This document shows positions 25,301 through 36,500 of a stretch of 64,000 bases of DNA, piece after piece; the stretch's first letter is position 1; each line of letters starts with the position of its first letter. Position numbers and translations under genes: made by a program. Origin of the DNA: Bilabrum cf. latius. Its lineage: Eukaryota. A model generated the notes under the pieces. That model saw nothing but the letters and a program-made list of their open reading frames with translations. It made no database searches and was not told where the DNA came from. Location: positions 930,001 to 994,000 of the forward strand of contig OZ237751.1 in the NCBI GenBank assembly GCA_965178125.1, read 5' to 3'.

Positions 25301-25940
25301 TATCGCTGCGGGATCGGATGATCAGAAGCAGGCCGTGGTGGATGCGGGCGCACTTGGCGGACTGGTGGCATTGCTTGGATCGGGCAAGGGTGAAAAGGCG
25401 GAGCGCGCTGCTGGGGCGCTTTGGAATATCGCTGCGGGATCGAATGATCAGAAGCAGGCCGTGGTGGATGCGGGCGCATTGGGCGGACTGGTGGCATTGC
25501 TTGGATCGGGCAAGGGCGAAGAGGCGGAGAACGCGGCTGGAGCGCTTTGGAATATTGCCGATGGATCGGATGATCAGAAGCAGGCCGTGGTGGATGCAGG
25601 TGCACTGGGCGGACTGGTGGCATTGCTGGGATCGGACATGTGCAGCGAGGTGGAGGAAGCGGCTGGAGCGCTGGGGAATATCGCTGCGGGATCGGATGAT
25701 CAGAAGCAGGCAGTGGTGGATGCGGGCGCATTGTGCGGACTGGTGGCATTGCTTGGATCGGGCAAGGGCAAGGAGACGGAGCTTGCTGCTGGGGCGCTTA
25801 TGAATATCGCTGCGGGAACCTCACGTCAACAACAGGCACTAATCAATGCTGGTGCAATTTATCCCCTGAGGCGGTTGCGAGACTCGGGACACCCAGCGTC
25901 ACAAAGGGCCTCAAGGACACTGGAAGTGCTCAGCCGCTGA
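22374..25940 (+). CDS. PINK1-like (pseudo)kinase fused to 14 armadillo repeats, 1188 aa
   Basis: Kinase motifs HRNLARV, VVHRDLNLDNVM, GGNPAHLAPEVL and WELGVLLYEL..HPF. Four in-frame TAG (22509, 23304, 23319, 23697) join the kinase to the ARM array; ends at TGA. Confidence 0.8.
24072..25838 (+). repeat. 14 x 126-bp coding tandem repeat (42-aa armadillo units)
   Basis: Unit AVVDAGALGGLVALLxSxKGxEAExAAGALxNIAAGSxDQKQ recurs with an exact 126-bp period (24075, 24201, 24327 and so on). Confidence 0.95.
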
Positions 25941-25978
25941 GTAGGGCATCCATCGGTCATGGTCTGGTTCGCAGTGAG

Positions 25979-26940
25979 GCCCATCTGGCTCCTGAGGTGC
26001 TGGACGGGTGGAACAGGGGGGCAGCCGCTGTTGTGGCGTTTGGAAAGCAGGCGTCATGGGCGCTAGGCGTGCTGCTGTACGAGCTGGCCACGGGAGGGCA
26101 GCACCCGTTCGGGGACTCGTATCCTGGTGAGCTGCAGGACGGAAGCGAAACTAAGCCTGGCGAGCTGGCAGCTGTACTGCATGCACGTGAAGCTCCAATG
26201 GAAGGTCATGCTGTGCTGTCGAGGCGACTTACTTGGTATGTTGGCATGGTACTTTGCATAGACCCGGGGTCCAGGATGGGGGTACATGTTGTGCTGCTTG
26301 CGCTTCGATCGAAGGTGGTGCCTCGTGCATCGCACACATCTGCCGCTGATATCAGTACCTTACTGCCTGCCTCGGTTGCTGATGGGTCCGAGTGCGAGTC
26401 AGCGGTGGTCAGAGTGAGGGAAGTGGTGGATGGGCTGGTGGGCAAGGGGGACTGGGATGGGGTGTATCGTGCGCTGTGGCAGCTGCGGACGGAGTCATGC
26501 ATTTGACGTCAGCATTCCACACGTGGAGGATCTCGTACAATCGACCCGACAGCTACTTGATGATGTCCGTGGTGCCATCGCTGAGCACATGGTGTCCGAC
26601 TCGAGCGAGCTGGAGAGGATCGTGACAAGACTCGGATCAGAAGGGGGAATCCGGGATTGATGCCGAGATTGCTGTAGTTTTAGTCTGGCAAGTGAGCTGT
26701 GGTACTTGTGCCGGTGCATTGGGCGGTCTCGTAGCACTGCTTGGATCGAGCAAGGGCTTAAAAACGGAGCTTGCGGCTGGGGCGCTACTTTCCATCATCA
26801 TTGGATCTCATGTCTAGAGTCTAGACAGTGGCAGTGGTGCATACCGGTGCAGTTGCCCCCCTGGGGCTGCTGAGAGACTCGGGACACTCAGAGGCATCAC
26901 AAGAAGCCGTACAGGCATTGCGGTTGCTCGGCCATTGATT
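25979..26940 (+). pseudogene. Decayed partial duplicate of the kinase-ARM gene (kinase C-lobe, linker, broken ARM and cap)
   Basis: Near-identical DNA to ~23358-24130 (HLAPEVLDGW, ELATGGQHPFGDSYPGELQDGSET, SECESAVV). It has no N-lobe and carries deletions, frameshifts and TGA stops (~26504, ~26658). Confidence 0.8.
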
Positions 26941-27044
26941 CTTGCAAGGCTGACGGTTCTGCCCGGAAATGCAAATTACAGGACCCCACAGACCTTGCCG
27001 CGGTCCAACACAAACATCAATCCGGATCGCATCAATTCGTCTTG

Positions 27045-28727
27045 TCAGGACTCTTTCCCCCTCGCCCCGCCCGCGGCCTTCAGCAGCCGGCTCTTCACGC
27101 ACCAAGACAGCCCGCAGCAACCCGTGCACCGCATCACCAGAATGCAGCACGCCAGACCTAGGGCAAGCGCAGGCACCACCACCGCCACCACCGGGTACAG
27201 GATGTACGGGTTCAGCAGGCCCTCGTCCTCGTAGGCACCCGTCATTTCAAGGTACGGCTGCCCGTGCAGCTGCGCGCAGAGCCCCGCCACCTCGAGCTCC
27301 ATGCTCCCGGGGTCGGGGCTGTACCCCAGCACGGCCACGCCGGGCTCGCGCAGGGTATTTGTTCCCTGGGGCAGGCCGCCGTGTTCCCCCAGTAGGGAGG
27401 CCTGGTCGGGCTTGGGATCACCGGGCTGCCACGCACCATCAGGCAGTGCACCCTGGAGGAGAGCGGTGAGTGCGTGTGGCCCGAGCTCAGGTCCCCGCCG
27501 AGCACCTGCCCCGTGCTCGCTCGCTTGTTCCCTGAGCCCCCACCCGTCCCTCTGCAGGTGGGCGACCACCTGGTAGGCCCCCATGGTGGCTGGCTCGAGA
27601 AAGGCGAGCATGGTGGTTAGGTCGCAGAGCGGGATGCCTGACGCCTCGAGCAACTGCTGCACCGAGGGACCCCCGCCGGTGCCCCGGAGAGGGCTGGTCC
27701 CGCCAGCCGAATGCTGCTATTCCTCCAAGATTCCACGCTCTGCTGCTTCCTTTTCTTCCTCCCACTGCCTCTGCCTCTCCAAAAGGTCGTTCAGCAGGTC
27801 AAATCCATTCTTCTCGTCGCCCGCCCACCGCTGCCGCTGCTTCCAAAGAACGCTGCCTAGTAGACCAGGAGACGCTGCCGCTGATATTTCAGCGTGAAGT
27901 CTTTGCATGTACTCGCAGGCGCCGGCGCCGGGGCAGCAGTCGAGCATGCGGAGCAGGTGCTCCCACGTGAAACGAGGAGTGCGGCAGGTGCTTCTCGGAA
28001 TTATGACACGTGGCACACGCGCTCGCATAACAACATCCGTTGCGTTTCCATCTGCCATTGTAAAATCGAGGCCAGCGGGCTCGGGACCAGCAGCTGCGAG
28101 TCTGCCAGATTCAGCTGCAAGCGCCGATGCAAGCTGCGTGTTTGCCGACCAGCCCGGCAGCTTCTCATCCTAGCTAGTCTAAGGCAACGGTAATACTGCA
28201 GGTCCTGATATGTACACAGCTCTCATGCGGCTCGCAGTGTCTGGAGCGCGAGCAAACGCTGCCGCTAAGTTCGTGAGGGGGCCGAGACAAACCACCACAA
28301 CCTATCTAGGATTAGAGTTCGCGACTGTGTCCACAATAAAGTCTGCGGCTGCATTCTTCCCATACAGATCAGTCTTGTGCACGTCAGCACCCTTCACTCG
28401 CGGGACTTCTTTGTTGATGCCACCGATTTTGAGAAGGTTGGCCGCGTTTCGAGAGGTGTGAGTGAGCAGCGAGTTGCCGTACGAGACGGTTACGCCCGCC
28501 AAAATAGCATCCCGCGGCGCTCCAACGTACAGTAAGAATGCAAGGTCGTCGTCCAGATCAAAGCCAGTCTCCACTAGCCCAGCTGGGTCGAAATCAATGA
28601 TCAGCAACGCGCGATCCGGCCACAGAGGCTTCTGTGCCTCCTTATCAGACGAGTTTTGAGCGGTATCTGCCAACAACGAATGTATCATACAACATAATGC
28701 AAGGAACTACCAAGCAATGGTACGCAT
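27045..28727 (-). CDS. Nucleoside hydrolase (IU-NH family) with a signal peptide and C-terminal TM helix, 560 aa
   Basis: IIDFDP...DLDDDLA Asp cluster, GVTVSYGN, VVCLGPLTNLA and PLCDL. Five in-frame TAG; starts MRTIAW*FLALCC and ends at TGA 27045-27047. Confidence 0.8.
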
Positions 28728-28851
28728 ACAGCTCCTGGAGTGCTGCAATGTGGGCACTACAGACCTTGGCCTTCTGCGAGTCCGGAGCCACAGCGGCCGT
28801 GCCAACTACCGCATTGAGCTCCTTGCGACAACTATGCACCTGTTCAGGCCT

Positions 28852-31602
28852 TCACTTGGCCTCGTACCAAGTCTGCGCCACCTGCGAGTCCACGACGAGG
28901 TCGACGAGCAGCGGCTTCTCGAAGGGCCGCTCCATGTCCTCCACGAGGCACCTCTGGGCCTCCTGCGAGGACTCCGAGGGCCCCTCCAGGATGACCTCGT
29001 CGTGGATCTAAAGGAGCATCTTCCACCCTATCTTCTTGAGGCGCTCGTCCCTCGCGATGTTCAGCATCGCCATCATCACCACGTCGGCAGCCCCCCCTTG
29101 AATGGGTGTGTTGATGGCGGCCCGCTCCGCGTGCCCCCTCAGTCCCCGGTTAGAGCTGTTGATGTGCGGCAGGTCGCGGTACCTGCCCATGAGTGTGCGG
29201 GTGGCGCCCTCTCTCCTGGCGATCTCCAGCACCCGGCTCTGCCAATCCCTCACCTCTGGCCTGCCGTCGTACCACCTTTGTAGCGTGTCCTTTGCCTCCT
29301 CGATCGACACGCCCCAGTCCTTCGAGAGACCCACAGCCGTCTTGCCGTACGCGATGGAGAAGTTAAGCACCTTCGCTTTCCTTCTCTCCGATGCGTACAC
29401 GTTCTTGATGAGCGGCTTGGGCGGGCCCCCGTCAGGCCCCGGCTCCCCCTTCCCGTCCCACTCGAGCAGCACCTCCCCCTTGTCCACGGCCTCCCTGATG
29501 TGCTCGTACATGTCCAAGGCGGTCCTAGAGTGGAAATCGCCCCCCAGCTCAAACGCCTCAATCATGCTGCTGCACCGTGCCATGTGGGCGAGCACCCGGA
29601 GCTCCAATTGCCCGTAGTCCGCCACCAGCAGGGAACAACCGGGCTTGGCGTGGAAAGCCTTGCGGATGCCGTACCTGTCTTTCTCCAGCGCCGGCTGGTT
29701 CTGTAGGTTGGGTCTGCGGGCGGAGAGCCTGCCCGTCTCGGTGTTGAGGTTGAGACTGCAGTGCACTCTGCTGTCCTTGTCCGCCATCTGCTGCAGGGGC
29801 AGGATGAACGACGCCAGCATGGTCTGCACCGCCCCGGCGTTGTGCGCTGCCGCGATGGCGCGGCACGCTCGCTCGCCCTCCTCCCCCCCCCCGAAGTGAT
29901 CGTAGGCCCTCCCCCAGCGGGGAGGTTCCGATTCCGGATCCCCCGCCAGTTCCCTGAGAACGGCCGCCGACACGGCGGGCCAGCCCTTGTCCGTCCTGGT
30001 CACGGGTTCGATTCCCTGCCCTACTAGCACCATGTCCCTCATTTTTTTCGCTTTTTTCTTGCCTTCCTCGATGAACCCCTCCGTGTTCTCCACCTTGAAG
30101 GCCCGGTGACGCGGCCACACGTCGGGGTCACCTGCCTCTGCCGCCGCCTCGAGCTCAGCGATAGTCTCGTCGTCGAAAGCGGCGGCGCCTTTGCCTTTGC
30201 CCTTGCGCTTGGCCTTGGCCTGATCCGCATGCATGCTGCCGTACGTGCTGCTGTCCAGAGCTGCCTGCCCCCCCGCAAACATGCCCTCCTAGGCGGGCTT
30301 CTAGTCCCCGGCCTTGTTCTTCAATGCCGCCCTCTTGCGCCTATCCCTCGCCGCCTGCTGGCTCTTGGTGAGCCTGCGGCACGGTGCAAACAGCAGGTGG
30401 GCCTTCTGGGGGTCGGACCCGGGGTTCATGCGGCTGGCCTCGGGGCACAGCGACGCGGCCCACTCCATGAATAACCGCTCCGAGTCCTCTTGTTCCCTGC
30501 GGGCTAGCTCCTCTGCCCTAGGGAGATGCTCGTCCACGTCCACCCGTATGCCCTCCCTCTCCATGTCTGTGAGCACCACGGCGAACGGCACCACGTACTT
30601 GGTGTAGAACTCCCAAAGGGACTACCCGCCCGCCCAAGGCCTCTGCCTCAGCCTAGCCTCCAGGTCCTCTCTCAGCCACCAGGTGGCCTCTGCGTCGTAG
30701 GTCGCGTAATCGATCCATGCGGATCTCCAGTGGGGCAGCCTCTGCAGCATGTGCACCGGCGGGACGAACGAGTCCTTCCCCTCGGTCCCGTCCCTCTTGA
30801 TCCTCCTCACCGCGAACCTCTCCTTCATGGGCACCTTCCTGTGCCCGAGCAGGTCCTGGGACAGTGCCTCGAGGGAGTAGCCACCTTGCTTGGATCGGGC
30901 GGAGGACCACGTCCGGGCCATGTGCATGGTGTCGCCGCACAGGCCCAGGACGTCGATCCCGTGGTTGTAGAGGACGTGCCGGTCGAATCCAAAGTTGTGG
31001 AAGGCCTTCCCGCGGGAGCTGTCTTCGAAGTAGGCCTTGAATAGGTCTATCACGCCCTCCGCCGGCCCGTCGTTGTCGATCCACAGGCGGGGACCACTAC
31101 CAAAATCCACAGAGTCGCCGGCGAACGCAGTGGCGCAAATCACCCTACCGTTGCCGACGGGAGACTGCGCGGTCACGTCGATGTCTGCGACTTCCGTGTC
31201 CCACGCAACTGGAGCCTCCGGGGATAGCGAGAGCAAAACTTCCAGCGCGCGGTTGGCTGATTTCTCGTCGTTGACGACCGTGAGGCCTTCGGGCAGGCGC
31301 TCCATCGGGCCTTGGTGCGGGACGTAGGCGGCCGCCGACGCCGCGGCGCTTCTTGGTGCGAGGGGTTCTGGTTCCGAAGTCTTGGCCGAATCTGCGCGCG
31401 TTGCCGACGAGCACAGCCTTCGAGTTGCATACCTACCTACGCTGGAAGTTTCTATCGCAGACCTTGGCCGAAATTGCTGCAGTTTCAATTTCAGGGCCCT
31501 TGTGGTGCGACTCCTGATAGTCCTACTGCGACAGCTAGATGAGAGCATCTAGGCCAGAGCTTGACGCAAAGTGACAACTAATGGCGCCTTGACAGCGTTC
31601 AT
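28852..31602 (-). CDS. POP: Organellar family A DNA polymerase (plant/protist POP type) with 3'-5' exonuclease, 916 aa
   Basis: Exonuclease motifs AWDTEVADID, FHNFGFDRHV and YATYDA. Polymerase motifs TETGRLS, ADYGQLELR, RRKAKVLNFSIAYG and LL*IHDE, with C-terminal WYEAK. Arg/Ser-rich presequence. TAG at 31549, 30622, 30301, 30289 and 29008; ends at TGA. Confidence 0.92.
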
Positions 31603-31898
31603 ATCAGCAAAGTGAACCAGTATTCTTCTAATAAGTCATGTTGAAGGGTTCGCTGCGATCCAACTCGGAGCCACCGCCGGCGCACGAACACAACTTGTTT
31701 TGCGGTCCGTATACCACAACTGAAAAACTGCTACGGATATTGGTTTCTTTCAATTGAGCGCGCTACTTGATGTTGCCCCGAGGCGTGCGATTGGCCAAGC
31801 ATTTCGGCCCGCTTCGCGGCTCCTCTCGCCTGCACCGGGCCAGAACCTGTCCTCATGCAACTTTCAGCCATAACAATGTATCATTCAGATCATAGTTA

Positions 31899-33152
31899 AT
31901 GTCAGTGTTAAGCAGGGGCCTGACGGCTCTTGCTGGTGGCTGCGCCTGCATCAGCATGTCTTCCTCCGGAACAGTCATTGCTTCCGAGCCACGCAACGGA
32001 CAGGGGACAAGCAAACGAAAGATATCGTCAGGGCGGATGCATGGATAGAATGCATACAGAGAGGGCTGCGGCGAATTTTCCTCCCCAGAGGCGTTGCCGG
32101 ATCCACCCGTGTACCTGTCCGCATCCACTGCCGCCGAGATCGACAAGCGGCTGATGGCCCAGCCCGGCTTTTCCATCGACTAGCTCATGGAACTTGCTGG
32201 CCTCGCATGCGCTGTTGCCACGGATGATTTTGCTCGGCAGGCGTGTGCCGCTGGAAGCGAACGCGGGGGACCTGGAGGCGAGAACGGAGCAAGTGCTCCT
32301 GAGCGAGCACCCGCCCCCGCCAGAACAGTCACCGCGAGCGGCCCCGGCGCTCGCAAGTCCATCCTGGTCCTCGCCGGCCCAGGGAACAACGGAGGCGACG
32401 CTCTCGTGGCGGCCCGCCACCTGAAACACTTCGGACATGCCCCGGTTGTGGTATACCCAAAGGTGCCTAACAAGCCGCTCTTTTTGGTAAGATTACAGGC
32501 CATCCAGCCGTATCGACCCGTGTGTTCGCACGCCATCCGATCAATTTAGCACATACCATTGATTGCTGCCGCAACTAAGCGCAAAGCCGTGCCTGGGCCA
32601 CCCGCTTGCCCAGTCCGTGATATCCGTTGCTCCGATCGCCATTTGATCCGATCTTATCGATCGCAGGGTCTGTTGCAGCAGCTGGAGGACGCCGACATCC
32701 CTGTGAGCGCCGGCCGAACCCCCGACGGAGCACTCGTCACACAGGAATCCCAGATCCCGAGCGCCCACGCGATCCGGGCACAGTTCGACCTAGTCCTTGA
32801 CGGCCTGTTCGGGTTCAGCTTCAAGGGAAGCCCGCGCCCGCCCTTCGACGGCTTGCTCAAGAACGTGCAGGACTCCGGCGTGCCTGTGCTGAGCATCGAC
32901 GTGCCCTCTGGATGGGACGTGGACAGGGACACTATGGCCAAAGGCGCGCCCGAGGAGGCGGTGCTGCGGCCTTCTGGGCTCATTTCGCTGACAGCCCCCA
33001 AGCAGTGCGCCAGGGGGTTCGCCGGGGTGCACTACCTGGGGGGAAGGTTCGTCCCGGGGAACATTCAGCGAGAGTTCGGTCTGGAGGGGTGCATGGGGCT
33101 GTACCAGGGAACGAGCCCCATCGCTCGGCTTGCGCCCGCCCGAAACGACTGA
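31899..33152 (+). CDS. NAXE: NAD(P)HX epimerase (YjeF_N family); intron 32487-32666
   Basis: [72 protein letters not shown] and HYLGGRF. GTAAG...CGCAG intron. Start codon is tentative (alternative in-frame ATGs at 31956 and 32037). Confidence 0.92.
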
Positions 33153-33528
33153 GCTGGGCTACTAGAGACTAGCGATTGCTACGCGTCACGTTGAACTGTG
33201 CGATAAAATAGGCATGCTTTGCGGGTGGACCGCCTGTAGTGTTGGTCTGAACCTGTCAATCTGAGACGCCAATATCCATTGTTGGATTCAAGCAAAGCAA
33301 GCTAGTCACACGCAAGCATGTTCGGCGCAGAGCAGCACACAGCCTCTCGAGCACTTCTTCCGTAGAATCGATCAAACGAGGCAAATGCCCCACCAAGTCG
33401 CTGCGCATGCGACTGAGGAAACAAGTCCTAGCAGTACCGCATAGCAGCATGGCGACGGGCATCAGATATGGCAACTCCATCCCCAGGCACCCCCGCGCGC
33501 CCTTCCCGCAAGCAAGCACCCAGAGCGA

Positions 33529-36500
33529 TCAGCTGGAGCCGCCCCCAGTCGCCTGCACCACCGCGCTCGGGTCGTACCCGTCCAGAGGGTTGCGCGTGGT
33601 GGCGCTGGGCCCGGTGGCCCCCGAAGCTCCCATCAGGTTCTTGCCCGACTGGCCCCTCGTCATGGCCCCCCCCTCGGCAGGGGCAAACCCAGGGGCTGCC
33701 TTGCTGCCGCCCGATGATGACCCGCCCGATGATGACCCGCCCACGGGGATGCGCACCACCCTGTCCACGCCGTCCTCCCCGCGCCTGACCTCGGTGCGGT
33801 ACTGCTGGCCCGTGGTCTCGGCCGCCTGCCTCTCGGCGAGTCTCTGCGAGTCGGACTTCTGCCTGCAGAACATGACGAGCGCGCCCGCTGCCACGCCGAT
33901 CACCAGAGCCGCGGCCACGAGGCCCAGGGCCACCTCCAGCCCGAGCTTGCCCTTGTCGTCGCCCTTGCCGCCGCCGCCAGAGGCGCCCGGGGAGGCACTC
34001 ACACCGGGCCCCTCCGTGGGCACGGGCAGCCCGCTCACGGAGGGCCTCGCCGTGGGCGCACCGGTGGGGTTGCCGGGCAGAGAGGACGGCTGCGCGGGGG
34101 CAGCGGACACCTGCGGCGAGCTCGATCCATCTCCGGGGTCCGCCAGGGAGCTGACGGGGAAGCCCGAGAGGTCCGTCCGCAGGTCGCCCAGCAGCTGCCC
34201 GCTGGCCCGCACGGACCGCATGACGGACCGGACCGTGCCTTCGTCCGCGGCGGTCTTGATGTTGACCTGCACCGTGACGGCCACGCCAGAGGCGCCGGCC
34301 GCCTGTGCCCTCCTTCCGGCAGACCTGAGGAGCTGCCTGCGGAGGGAGCTCCCTTCCTACTCCTGTCGCTATTCTTCTTCTTCTTGTCCTTGTCCTTGTC
34401 CTTGTCCTTCCTGTTGCTGCAGGGGGCTGGCAGGGGAGGTGGAGGGGGTCGGGTTGGCCGAGGGCGAGGGAGCCGCCCAGTCGGCCACTTTGACCACCAG
34501 CACGTCGTCCTTGGCGTAAGGGGCAGAGGGGGCGGGGGCACCGCCCTCGCCCGCGGAGATGTAGCCCGCCACGCGCGTGCGCAGCGCGCTCGTCACACCG
34601 GTGTCGAACTGCCCGCGGCTCACGCCCTCCATGACCCACGTGGTGGTGACCACGGCGCCCGCGCCCGCGCCGGCAATCGAGGAGCTCTGGCACACGCCGG
34701 TGCCCATGCCCAGAGAGAGCAGAAGCGCCCTCCCCGTCCACTCCACCGGCCCCATGCCCTCCTACTGGCTCGGCATGGCAAAGCACTGCGCGCCCGACTC
34801 GCAGTCTGAGCTGCTGCTGCAGGCGAACCCAGTGGTGCATCGGCGAGTGCACGGCCCGCCGCAGTCGACGTCCGTCTCACCCGAGTCCTTCCGACCGTCG
34901 AAGCAGCTGGCGCCGCCGTCCGGCACCACAGTTCCGCAGTTGTACCCGGAGTAGTCCGGCTGGCAGTTGCACTCCGCCACCGGCGTGTCAGACCCGGGCA
35001 GAGTCACCGCTCGGCACTGCCCGTGCCCCGAGCACGTGACCTGCTGGCAGGGGGGCGCGGGGGAGGGCAAGGGTGTGGGAGCGGGCCCGAACTGGTCCCA
35101 CTTGACCATCGTCCACGCGGGCGTGCTGCCCCCAGTCACCGCGCCCGCCGCCACTGAGACGTTCAGCGCCACCTGGGCGTCGACGGTCTGCGGCTTGTTG
35201 AAGAAGAAGGTCACTTCAAAGATCTGAGACCCGGTGCTGGCGTCCGCCCCTCCCACGCTCACGATCCCCTCAGGCTGCACCGAGATGCTGTCCGCCGTGA
35301 ACCCAGAGACCCGCTTGTTGAAGCTGAAGGTGGCCTTGAACGGCTCGGACCCGTCGTGCAGCCGGGGCGCGATGATGGACAGGGTCGCGGGGGCACCCGC
35401 AGGAGGCGGGCGGGTGTATGGCAGCTGCAGCGCCTTGGAGGCGTAGTTCTGGATGCCCTCCTCGCCCACGGAGTTCACGCAGCCCTGCAGGATCTGCAGG
35501 GTCATGGTGCCCAGCGCCGCGGGGCTCACGGTGAAGCTGTAGTCCCTGCCCTCCGTGTCCTCCTGCTCGACGCCGGACACGAACGCGCGCGTGCCCGTGA
35601 CCTGCAGGCACGTCGCGGCCATGCCGGTCACGGGTCGGTCGAACGAGGCCACGACCTTGACGGTGGATCCCCTGCCCTGGTGGGAGGACGGGCCCGTGAG
35701 GATCACCGTGGCGGGAGGGGCTTGGTAGGTGACTGTCCTCGTAGCCTGCACGTTCTGCTGGCCCGAGGAGCCCAGCACGTTGGCTGGGACCGTGATGACG
35801 ATGTCCGTGGGGTCCGTGGGGATGAGCTGGAGCCTGGCGAGGGTCGTATCCGATGCCGAGAACGGCTGCGAGAACCGGTTGTTGAGGATGGTGGCGCCCT
35901 CCACCTGCACCACGCTGCTGAGCGGGCGGTTCTAAATGCCCGGCATCTCCTTGGAGAACTAAATCGTCACCTGGATGCCGTCGAACTCGCTGCCCCGGCC
36001 TGTGGGCCCCTGGTGCACGGTGGTGGTGAAGATGCTCGGAAGGGCGGGGCCCGGGGCGTCGGGAGCGTACGTCACCCTCAGCGAGGCGAACTCGTTGCCC
36101 GGCAGCGCGAATGAGTTCGAGGGCAGGAAGAGGGAGATGTCGGCCTCGGCCGTGGGGTTGATCTGGAACTGCAGCACCGTGGTGGGGAACGACACGCTCA
36201 CGTCGCCGAAGAGGTTGTCGAAGCCGTTGAGGGCTACCAGCTGGCCGACCAGCCAGGTGCGGATGGCCTGGTCGTTGCTCTGGTCGATCGTGGAAGGGGG
36301 CCGCACGGGGCTGCTGAGCGTGGCAGTGACCAGGAACGGGTCCACTCCGTTGTGGGTGGCGGGTGCCTCAAGCGTCGCGTTGGGTCTCTGCACCCCCGCG
36401 GCTCCCTCGGTGAAGGGGGTCAGCTTCCTCGCGAAGAAGTTGCCCTGGCTGAAGCCCAGGTCGTTCCCTGGGACTGTCACGGAGATGGACGAGAACTGCC

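Noticed and set aside
24072-25838. CRISPR array or satellite DNA
   Set aside because: There are no unique spacers. The 126-bp period keeps an open frame encoding armadillo repeats.
28852-31602. Bacterial polA, prophage or contamination
   Set aside because: It lacks a 5'-3' exonuclease domain, has POP-type features and a presequence, uses the same TAG code, and sits among intron-containing genes.
29008-32183. TAG as pyrrolysine, programmed read-through or tiny introns
   Set aside because: There are up to about 11 TAGs per gene in diverse contexts, they align to Gln, and there is no shared downstream element or flanking splice signal. Flanking residues align to family motifs without gaps.
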